DNA of 64,000 nucleotides, from assembly GCF_036365525.1 (NCBI RefSeq), contig NC_090393.1, forward strand, positions 31,747,163 through 31,811,162. The letters are read 5' to 3'. Under the pieces are notes generated by a model. It ran no database searches and was not told where the DNA came from. It worked only from the letters and a program-made list of their open reading frames with translations. Within the stretch, counting starts at the first letter, position 1. Each line of letters opens with the position of its first letter. A program made the translations under genes and the position numbers. The DNA is from Heterodontus francisci (Eukaryota). This document shows, in pieces, positions 37,901 to 49,900 of this stretch.

Positions 37901-40900
37901 CATTCTTGAAAGTTTCATTTCGCAGGTAAATCTAAATCGGTGACACTGAGGAATATAGTACAATGCAACACCAGAACTAGGTTGCAAGCCGGGCACCAAC
38001 CCTCTTCTGGGGTATCACCACTGGACTCAAAAAGGGGAGGGAAAAGAATAGTGTTCAGTAAGTAGAGTCCACGTTTTACGATGATCTCCCCTCTCCTTCC
38101 TCCTGACAAATTAGGTTGCTGATGCTCACTAGAGAATAATATCCACTTGAATATGGTACCAGAGTACAGAGACTCATTCTCACAAATTCTCACTCTTTGT
38201 TAATGATAGAAAGGCACTGAACAGAAGTCAGATTCTTTCATAATCTTTGAGGGAAGAAGATTTTATTTTAGCTATTTTTGAAAAGCGGTCACTATATGCT
38301 TTTGGAAACAACCTAGCAGAAATTAATAGAATTGGACATGGCCTAGATATAGCTCACTATTTGCCCTTCTCAATTGTGGAATGATGCAAGATATATTGGA
38401 AACATTAATACACATTTAATTTACTCCTGGGCCAAAATATCCACAATATTCGATGCACCAATTAATAAAAATAATACACTATTATGTACCTTTGTCCATA
38501 CATTTTCCAAATTGCAGTTTTCTGTGCTATGCTTACATCAATAAGCTCTGAAAGTCCATGTTTCCAATGCAACATATCAGAGTCCTTCATGGCATCCATT
38601 AACTTGTTTGCTGGCCTTCCAGAAAAGGTTCTTTGTTGTACCAGTGATTGGATGCCCAGAGAAGCCAGATACTACAAAACAAGAAAAGTTAGTTATCAAC
38701 ACAATGGGAGTATCTTTTTTGGTGTTTTTGTGATGTGGTAAACAACAATAAGACAGCATTTATTGCCAATGCCTAGCTGGCCTGAAGGGATAAATAGAGC
38801 TGGAGTCACATGTAGGCCAGACCAAATAGGGGTGGCAGATTCCCTTCCCTGAAGGACATCAGTGAACCAGTTAGGTTTTGCTAACCTACAATGATCAGAT
38901 TTTGAAATTGAAGGTTTAATGGTAGTGTATGTGCTCATGACTTCTGGGTTTGCTAGTCCAATACAAAAACCACTGCATGATTATACTGCAGCAATACTTC
39001 AAATTTAACTTTAGCTACCTTAATTGAACTGTATGTCAGTTTACTATATAAAGGATTGTAAATACTTTATAAAAACACATTTCTGATTATAGTTTAAGGT
39101 AGAAAATTGTGCTATTTTTATTGTTTAAGAGGCGGGTTAAGCATAAACTTTATTAAAATATTGCTTAAATAGCATCTAGTTTATTGGGGAGGCAGTGGTG
39201 TAGTGGTCATGTCACTGGACTAGTAATCCAGAGCCCAGGCTCTAGGAACATGGGTTTGAATCCCACCATGGCAGATGGTGAAATCTGAATTTAATTAAAT
39301 TAATACAAGTGAATTAAAGAAGAGCTAGTCTAATGGTGACCATGAAACCACTGTCGATTGTTGTAAAAACCCATCTGGTTCACTAGTGTCCTTTAGGGAA
39401 GGAAATCTGCCGTCCTTACCTGGTCTGGCCTACATGTGACTCCAGGCCCACACCAATGTGGTTGACTCTTAAATGCCCTCGCAAGCCACTCAGTTCAAGG
39501 GCAATTAGGGATGTGCAACAAATGCTGGCCTAGCCAGTGATGTCCACATCCCACAAACAAATAGACAAAAGGAAAATTACTCACAGGTAAGCCAAGCTGC
39601 CCAGCCTTTTTAACAGAATGTTCAACGAGAACTGCATTATCAGATCCCTTCATCTGCTCCAGTATGTAAAGCCAACTCTAGAAACAAAGCGACAATAGGC
39701 GTGATCAAACTTACAATGTACATTAAAAAGTAAAATATCAAAATTCAGAGTTGTTTTTCCATAACATCCATCAGTAGAAATGCAATACTAAGCATTGAAA
39801 AAGATGGAGACTACATTACAGACTACAGAAAAACAATTACTTTGTCTTCTCCCCCACCAACCACCCCCCCCACCCCGCCCCTTACCAAGCAGTGCTGTAA
39901 ACAAACATGGTCGCTGGATTCTTGTGCAATGCGAATAGCTTCCTGTAATGCAAACTGGGCCTGCTCACTACAGAAATAAAGATATAAAAGTCAGGTTGTC
40001 AAGCAGCACATACTACTTAGAAGCATTAATTGTACTCTATGTCCCAATTATATTAGAGAAGCACTTCATGAAGTAGTTCTCCAGTGTTAATTAGCTCCCA
40101 ATCCCCCTGCTGTTGAAATTAGTATTTGTGTAGTTGCTTTTTAACAGTAGCCATAGCAACTGAAAAAAAAAAATCACATTCTCTTAATTGCTCGATAAGG
40201 ATTATACAGGCCAACTTTAGAATAACCACATCTCTCTCGATACAGACATGATCAGGAGTGCTTCAACCACTCAACCTTCCTCTTTCAGCAATGTTTTTTG
40301 GCTACAACTACTAGGAATGTTTAAAGTTGAGGTGAGGTGGTGGTGCTGCTGCTGCTACTATCAGAGACACTACTGAAAAATCGCCTACTTTGGTGCTGCT
40401 CCCTTCCTCCAATAGCCATGTACATGCTAGATACCCATTAAATAAATAAAGACTGGCACCAAAGATATGAAATCTTCGTTTTGCAAAGAAATTAATGTGT
40501 TCTTCTGTAGCACTCTAGAACAAGCACTCAATATTTAGAGCCAAAAATGTTACCTACTGGTGGCCAAATCTACAGTTTAAAGCAGCAAGATTGAGAGCAG
40601 CATATCGTAAACTTCGTCCAAATCCATCCTCTCCACTGCTTTTGCTGTCGCTGCCAGTAAGAATCAACCGATCAAAATAGTGAAGGAGGCTGTGCATAGC
40701 ACTGAAGTAGTCTTGTACACGAAGGCTATTTAGGTAGCTCAAATAATGCTGAAATCACATAATATATTAAAACATTATAACTTACTTTAAAATAATGAAT
40801 TTGTAAAAATATTGGATAGATCGCACGCTAATTTTCCAAGTTATTTTACACTGTATATTTAATTCATTGTTGCACAATTTATCAGGCTCATTTCACACAA

Positions 40901-43900
40901 TCACGTTCTGGTCAGAGAGCAGGGTGCAGTAAGGGCAGTCGTTGAATTAAAATATGACAGCAACAGACAAAAGTTATTTCATCAGTTCAAATGAATGCAA
41001 TAGTGGTTGTAGGGCACTGGGGATGGGGTAGAGGAGAAATGTGGAACTGATTCAACTTATCTGAAAATTTATAGTACTGGAAACAAAGGAATTACCAACC
41101 ATTTTTGGAGAGGTGGGAAAAGCAAGCAAGCTATTCATGGCTTGTAAACTGAAATTGCTTCAGGAGTACAGAAATACATTAAATTATTACCCCTTACTCT
41201 ATAGATCAAATATTAGAATGTGACACCTACAGCATTTTGAAAATATTTTCACCATTGCATGTTCATTCACCAGTAACATACTGTTACAGCCTTTCAAAAG
41301 ATCCTTTGTCAACATTTACCTAGTTAAAGCAGCATTGGTAATGACTGATGGATTTTTTTTTTTAACCTCTACCAATGGTTTAGTTATCAGAAGTAGAATT
41401 TCAAGCAGACACAATAAAAATTCTAATACTTACAGCCTCTGAAAAATCGGGATTAAATTTGAGTAAGTTATTCAGTTCTTTCTGTAGAGCAGCTGGTGAA
41501 AGAGCCTCGTTTTCATTGTTTTTCAACAGTGATGCCTACAAAATTTAAAGTCCATATTTGTCATTTCATCCAAGCAAAGCTGATAAACTAGCCAATAGTG
41601 ACACCATAGCATTAGCTAATTGTTTTAAATGCACACGGAGCAGGATTTAATTCTATACTTATAAAAGATTATCATCTCGCTGAGGGAATGACCATCAGCT
41701 TGTACTAAAGATGAACTTATATTCTGCATTGGTTAAAAGCAATCTAAACTGGTCTACTTCATCTGCTTCAAAGTCAATATTAAATATTTAATTGATATCC
41801 CATATATGGTTAAATAACTCCTTAGAAAGACAGCATATTTCTGGGTTTGTGTTGACTGGGATTCTATGTTTTACTAGTTTCATACCCATACAAAAAATAT
41901 GGAAACCACTACTGCAAGATTAATCTTACTTGCTGAAGGTACCCACATCAAACCTAAATCACATTCCACAAGGCACTTTTCTCCAACCACTACCATCCAA
42001 GCAACTTACTATGTGACTGAGAGTCAACAGCAGATAAAAAGAGTGTCAGCCTTTTTAAAAACTTAAATTTACTTTTCTACATATTATCTTTTCCATCTCT
42101 TCTAAAAGCTAGCTTTAGAAACTGCTTACCTCCTATCTTATTCATCCATTTTGGAGGAGAAAGCAACATTTTTAAAGAAGGGTTAAGGGTAAATCCAGTG
42201 ACTATTTTTGTCAGAACAGAATGCAATCAACATGGAAGGATTATAAATGTAAGCAGGTCAACCTCTAACAGACTTTTTCCATGTCAAAAAAACAGCAAGA
42301 GACTCCTGGCCAGTAGACTGATCATCAGCCCTGACATCAACAGCAGATCCAGACAAGTAATACTTTGCAAGTGCAATAAAAACAGGTAATGGTTCTATAG
42401 TTGTGAAACGATAGCCCCTCTCATGACAGTGAATAGGTGCATTACCCAGTATGGTACTGAGCCACACAGACCAGGGAGATCCAAGGATTGATTCCTGGCC
42501 TGTGCCACCTGTGAGACACGCAGCACAGCTATTTGCACCTGTGAATATTTATCACAGCAAACAGTTGGTACTTTAAAACAAAAAGGAATAAAGGCAGCCA
42601 TACTATACCTGTTGAGCAAGGAAAAATTCTGCCTGTTTCTGGGATAGAGGTCCTCTGTCAATAACTTCATCATCCCTGTCAAACAATATTGTAGCATCAA
42701 TCATTTAATTTTAAGAGCTCTTTATTTGTTACATATGTAACAAAGCTGAGCTTTATTAGTTAATTTACTGCTTGCCCTTCACCAATCCTAGCTGAAGTTC
42801 ATATTCCTGTAGTGGCAAGGAAATAGACTGAAAGACGGGTATGGGGCAACTAAAAATGTAATCCCTATAACTTATTTCATCAGAATGTGACAGAACATTG
42901 AAATTACAAATTTCAGAATAGGAAAATCAGATGTTTAATTGCTATTAGGTTTGCATTGATACAATATCAGTGGTTCAACAAAATAGATAAGTTCACTGAT
43001 ACTGAACTAATTAAATGTGAGACAACATTCTTGTCCTCTGCTCACATCAGTTGCTACTTATCTGTATAACCATGGAATTTTTAAGGGTAATGCAAAGTTA
43101 CAGAACCAAGATCAATGAAAATTGGGGAGTCCGGATAGGTAAAAGTTACAGCCACATGATCAGGGCACATGGGGTAACATAATTGGTCCAAGAAACAGCT
43201 GCAGGGCAAAAAGAAACACACAGGAGCAGCAGTAGGAGCTTAAGAGAGTTTAGCCCAGTCCAGCGAAGGTATGTTGAAGGATGAGTGAAGCAAGAACAGA
43301 GTCATCAGACATGGAAAATCCAACAATACTTTCCTTCCTTGCTAGACTGCACTAGTGATTTTCAGGGAGTGACCTGCTGCAGTTCCGTTACCAACAGAAA
43401 GAAAAGAGTTAGGAGTTCATACTGGAATGACGGACACTCTGGATCTGTCCAACCCTGGCAAATCACGCTACTGGCTGGGAAATACAATTCTTTTTATGTA
43501 ATGTGTATGTTTTTAAACCAGGTCAATTGCCATATTGATCAGCTTTAAAAAAGAAAATGCACCAACAAGAGGCCACATTAGAGCAACCTGGGATTGTTAC
43601 CAAGTACAATTATTCAGTGAAGAAATTTAAATTATTAGGAAACCTATTTCCTACACCCATTAAGTTAGAAACAAATTGAACTAAAAGATCAACAGACCAC
43701 TGCAAGTCCTGTCTAAGAGTCACGTTCAAACGGAGGCTTTGCATGTATGGGATTCACCCACAGTATGCCAATTAATGTAATCTGTTTGTTGTCAATATAT
43801 CTACAATAATATACCTGGTACTGATAACCTTGGGTCCCTCATGCCTCACTAAAAATTAGCACAGGTAAAATGACCTTTTAAGGGGAACAAAGAACACACT

Positions 43901-46900
43901 TCAATCTACAGAAAAAATGTTTTCCAGCAATCTTGGTTGTTTGTTCCTCCTTCTCCTTTGTAAACTGTTTTTTAGGAAGGTTACTGTTGGCTAAGCAGAG
44001 GAATTATAGTCAAAAAAACCTTGTGCAAAAATTTACAGAACACAAGCAGGATGTTGTGGGATAGCTTAGCCAGCTAGTCTGCATGATGCAGATTTTTTTC
44101 CTTCTTTCATTCATTCATGGGAAGTGCATGTCGCTGGCAGGGCCTGCATTTGTTGCCCATGCCAAATTGCCCGAGAAGGTGGTAATGAACTGCTTCAGGT
44201 CATTCTGGTGTAGGTACATCCACAGTGCTGTTAAGTAGGGAGTTCCAGGATTTTGACCCAGTGACGATGAAGGAATGGTGATATATTTCCAAGTCGGGCT
44301 GGTGTGTAATGGAGGGGAACTTGCCCTTGTTCTTCTAGGTGGCAGAGATCATGAGTTTGGAAGGTGATGTCGAAGGAGGCTTGGCAAGTTGCTGCAGTGC
44401 ATCTTATAAACTGTGCACACTACAAGCTTGGTTGGCAGGTGGTGGAGGGAGTGAATGTTTAACGTGGTGATTGGGGTGCCAATCAAGCAGGCTGCTTTGT
44501 CCTGGATGATGTCGAGCTTCTTGAGTGCTATTGGCGCTGCATTCATCCAGGGAACTGGAAAGTATTCCATCACACTCCTGACTTGTGCCTTGTAGATGGT
44601 GAAAAGGCTTTTGGGAGTCAGAAGGGAAGTTACTCACCCCAGAATTCCCAGGCTCTGATCTGCTCTCGTAGCCACAGTATTTATATGGCTGGTCCACTGT
44701 GACCCCCAAGAATGCTAATAGAAAGTTTTTCAGTGAATGTCAAGGCAAGGTGGTCGGATTCTTTCTTGGTCATTGCCTGGCACTTATGTGGCACAAAATG
44801 TTACTTGCCACCATCAGCCTAAGCCTGAATGTTATCCAGATCTTGCTGCATGCAGGCACGGACTGCTTCATTCTCTGCACAGTTCCATTTGCAACTAAAA
44901 TTGTGCAATCATCAGCAAACATCCTCAATTCTGACTTTATGTTGGAGGGAAGGTCACTGATGAAGAAGCTGAAGATGGTTGGGCCTAGGACACTGCCCTG
45001 AGAAACTCCTGCACGATGTCTTGGGGCTATGATAATTGGCCTCCAACAACCACAACCATCTTCCTTTGTGCTAAGTATGACTCCAGCCAGAGAAGAGTTT
45101 TTGCCCGATTCCCATTGACTTCAATTTTGCCAGGGCTCCATGATGCCACACTCGCTCAAATGCTGCTTTGATTTCATGGGCAGTTACTCTCACATCATCT
45201 CTGGAATTCAGCTCTTTTGTCCATGTTTGGTTGTAATGAGTCTGGAGCTGAGTGGTCCTGGTAGAACCAAAACAGGGCATCAGTGAGCAGGTTGTTGGTG
45301 AGCAAGTGCCATTTGATAGCACTGTTGATGACATCTTCCATAACTTTGTTGTTAATTGAGAATAGACAGATGGACAGTAATTGACTGGATTGGATTGGTC
45401 CTGCTTTTTGTAGTTGGGGCGTACCTGGGTAATTTTCCACTTTATTAGCTAGATGCCAGTGTTGTAGAAGTACAACTAGTTGTGGAGCACAGACCTTCAG
45501 CACCATAGTCGGGATGCTGTCAGGGCCCATTGCCTTTTCTGTATCTAGTGTACTCAGCCATTTCTTGATATCACGGGAAGTGAATCGAATTGGCTGAAGA
45601 CTGGCATCTGTGATAGTTGGAATAGGAGGGAGCCAAGATGGATCATCTACTCGGCACTTCTTTCTGAAGATGGTAGCAAGTGCTTCAGTTTTGTCTTTTG
45701 CATTCATGCTGGGCTCTGCCATCAGTGAGGATGGGGATGTTCAAAGCCATTAGTTGTTTAATTGTTCAGCACCATTCACAACAGGCTGTGGTAGGACTGC
45801 AGAGGTTTGATCTGGTCCATTGGTTGTGGTATCACTTCTGTTTATAGCATGCTGCTTCTGCTGTTTAGCATGCTTGTTGTACAGTGTTATAGCTTCACTA
45901 GGTTTGGAACGCTATTTTTAGGTACACCATGTGCTGCCCCTGACATGCTCTTCTACACTCCCCATTGAAGCAGGATTGATCTCCTGACTTGATGGTAATG
46001 GTAGAATGAGAGACAATGTCAGGCTATGAGGTTACAGAATGTGGTGGAATACAATTCTACTGCTGTTGACAGCCCACAGCACCTTTGAGCTGCTAGATCT
46101 ATTCTGAAATGTATTCCATTTAGGATGGTAGTAGTGCCACACAACATGATGGAGGGTGTCCTCAGTGTGAAGATGGGACTTCCTCTCCACAAGCACTGTG
46201 CTGTGGTCACTCCTACCAGCACTGTCATGGATAGATGAATGTGCAATAAGTAGATTGTGGAGGATGAGGTCAAGTAGGTTTTTCCCCCTCTTGTTGATTC
46301 ACTCACCACCTGTTGTAGGCCCTGCCTGGTAGCTATGTTCTTCAGGACTCACCCAGCTCACTCAGTAGTGGTGCTACCGAGCCACTCTTGGTGATTGACA
46401 TTGAAGTTGTCCACCTAGAGAACATTCTGTGCCCTTACGACCCTCAGCAATGTTTCTTGCAAGTGTGTTCAACATGGAGGAGGTTTAATTCATCAGCTGA
46501 AGGAGGGCAGTTGGTGGTGATCAGCAGGAGGTTTCCTTGCCCATGTTTGATATGATGCTGTAATATTTGGAGACAATGCTGAGAACTCCAGGGCCACTCC
46601 CTCCCCACTGCATATCACTGTGCTGTCACCTCTGGTGGGTCTGTCTGTCTGTGGGAGAGGACATATTCAGGGATGGTGATGGAGGAGCCTGGGATATTGA
46701 CTGAAAGGTATGATTGTGTGAGTATCACTTTGTCATGCTGTTGCTTGACTAATCTGTCAATTTTGACAGAAGTCCCCAGATGGTAGTGAGGAGGACTTTG
46801 CGGGGCAGACAGGGCTGGATATGTCCAGTGCCTCGATCGATGTCAGGTAGTTCATCAAGTTTCATTCTTATTAGACTTTTTCATAGCAGTTAGATACAAC

Positions 46901-49900
46901 AGAGTGGCTTGCTATGTCATTTCAGAGGGCAGTTAAAAGTCAACCACAGTCAAGCCAGGATAGGTAAAGGCAGATTACCTTCCCCAAGGACATTAACAAA
47001 CAAGATGGGTTTTATATGGGTAGATATGAGATGTCAACCAACTCTTCAAAAATTAGGAGTGATCCAAATCACTGAAATATGCAATCCACAATATCAGCAC
47101 AAGCTACGAAGATCTGCAATCAGCACAAGTAGAATCTTTCTTTGTTAGAATGGATTAGTGAGAACTGTGGTGCTTATGGGGCACAGACTACAGTGGATGA
47201 TCAATATATTATTGATTTAAGAAAACATGCACAGAGAGTTTATCAAATAATGTACCATCTAAATTTAAAAAGAAAAAAATCTTTTATTTTTATGGTCCTG
47301 CAGAAGATTGCCTTTTTAGGTATCCAAATTAACTGGCAGCTGAAAAAAACAGAGCTCATTTCAAATATAGTTCCATGCTTAATCCCTTCATGGATATCAA
47401 TCAGGAGGCACCTAAACCAAGAAGGTTCACTCATGATCAAGGTATTGCTATATCAACCAGCTGCTATTGAATCTTCCTGGTTCAGACAACTCCTGACCAG
47501 CCTCCAGGACTGAAAGAATACCAGTTAGCAATATTTTCAATTATCCACTTCATAACGGCCTTGCAACCATCATCAATTAAGCAGCTCAACAAGACTGTAG
47601 AGAATTGAACGTTAGGTATTTGCAGAACTAGAAAGTACAATTCAAAATATTCTAACCAAGTTGGAGCAATTGAGAAGAGGGAAAAAAAAACTTAATATGA
47701 GGAATGCTTCTCATTGAGAGTAGTTTCCTCACCTATGTCTTTATTCTCCTTTAAGCAATGAGAGATATGTTAATAGTACCTGATGAATCTTACCTTAATG
47801 GAAATTCTAATTCCTCTTTTTCCATCTTTCCTTCTAGATCTAAAGAGGTTAATTCCATATCTGTATCTTCTCTTTCTACAGTTGTTGAAGACATCTTTTC
47901 ATAGTTTTGATAATACTGCTGTAAAGCTGTGTAAAGCTTATAAACCTGACTGAAGGACAGCTTGTTGTAAGCCAAGATCATGTGCCGCAAGAACAGACCT
48001 ACAGGAACATTAAAAATTAGTTATCCAACTGACTTCAGTCTATTTTCAAACTGTTGTCCTGGACACAAGTTAATTAGTACAAAACATAATCAGTAAAACT
48101 GTTCATTCTAAATTAAGTTTTGTTAGAAATTTACAATCTGGCAGTGAGCTTTGGCCCAGAGGTAGCATTCACACCACCAAATTGGAAGGTTATGGGTTCA
48201 AGGTCCAATCAAGCTAGCCCCAACAAGCAGAGACAAGAGCTCCAGTGTCCAAATACTGAGTTAGCATCTAACCAGATGACGGAGTTCTGGTCCCCTGCTC
48301 GCGCTAATACTGGATCGACATCCAGCTGGGTACTCAGTCACTTCTCTCCAGGTAGGGATTTGAGGGTCAAGTTATCAACCTGTCCATGTTTCTAAAAGGG
48401 GAATTTGTTACAATCTAGAGCAAAAAGAAATAGGGTACTTCATGTGCCATTATATAAGGAAGCAACAACTTTCCCTACTGCAAAACTACCTTTTTTTTTT
48501 TGAATAAGAGGAATATTTCAAACAACAGTTAAAACATTGTCTTTTGACAATTATTTACTCTTTTTCCTCTTCAAAATCCTCCAAGAGGTTAGTGGCTTTC
48601 TTTTGTTTAAAAAAAAAAAGAGGGGAGAGGTCACGGGGTAAAGTATAAAATGGGAAAAACAAAAAACATAGGCATTGTGCAAATAAAATGTCTACACTCA
48701 ATATCTGTGACAATGTTCCAAACATAATTTCTCTTACTTGTAAATCAATGTCCACCAGTACACACAAAATGCATTGAGAAAACTGAGGAACTATGGTAAT
48801 GTGTGATTCAAGGCAAAGGAGAATTTTTGACTGTGTGAAACAGCTGGAGCTATGGACAGATGAGTAGAATTGCTGTGAACCCAATAGTTCAGGTTAATAC
48901 ATTAGCTGCTCCAGCAATGGTTAATCTTGCCAGAAGCACAATGGACAGCTGGGAAATCTCAAGTCATCCACCAATTTCCATTATCCACCGGAGGGATTCT
49001 CTCCACAATGCAGAGATTTGAAATCGAAAATGAATATCAAGCTGCCATTTTTTCACCTGCTGCCAATGAATTTGGATATCTAAAAAGGCAATGTTCTGTA
49101 GGACCATAAAAATAAAACTTTAGGATCTTTATCTTTTAAATTTAGATGGTATCTTATTTGATGAAAAACACACTGCATATTTTTTTTAATAAAAATCAAT
49201 GAGACATTGATCAAACACTATAGTCGGTGCCCCATAAGCATCACAGTTCTCACTGATCCATTTTGCAAAATGAAAGGTTCTACTCGTGATGATTGCAGAT
49301 CTTTGTAACTTATGCAGGGTTTGATTTGAGATCCACAATGGCAGATATTTGAAACTGAATATCAATAACCTGAAGGTACATGAAAACAATTCCCAGCTAT
49401 AAATTACACAATCAAAAATATATAGTTGTGCAGATTGCATACTAGTGACCACAGGGATAATAAATATTTCATGGTCAAATATTAAAAATTCATACCTATA
49501 ACACTAGTCTTGTGAACTGCTGGTTCTGTCCCACTGAAAACATTCTGTAGGGAATAGAAGAAGTTTTCCATATCTTTCAACTCCCCTTCAGCCATCAACT
49601 TCACTCTTAAAAAGATAAATTGCAAAATTATACTATTCAAATCTATCTTTTAGAAGAGAAAAATAAACTAATGAATCTCTTGTTTTATTTCAATGCAATT
49701 ACAATAAGCTTCAATGTGATTTTTTAAATGAGTAATGAAATTGTTCTTCCTATCTCCCGATGAGCACATTATCCTGCTCGTTCTAATTTGGAGTCCGTAG
49801 CATATCCCTAATCCCTAACTTGGATTTATTTTTGTATTTGAGCTAATAAATGTGAATAGTTTCGTTTGTAGCTTTCCCTCCCCACAGGATCAAATACATT

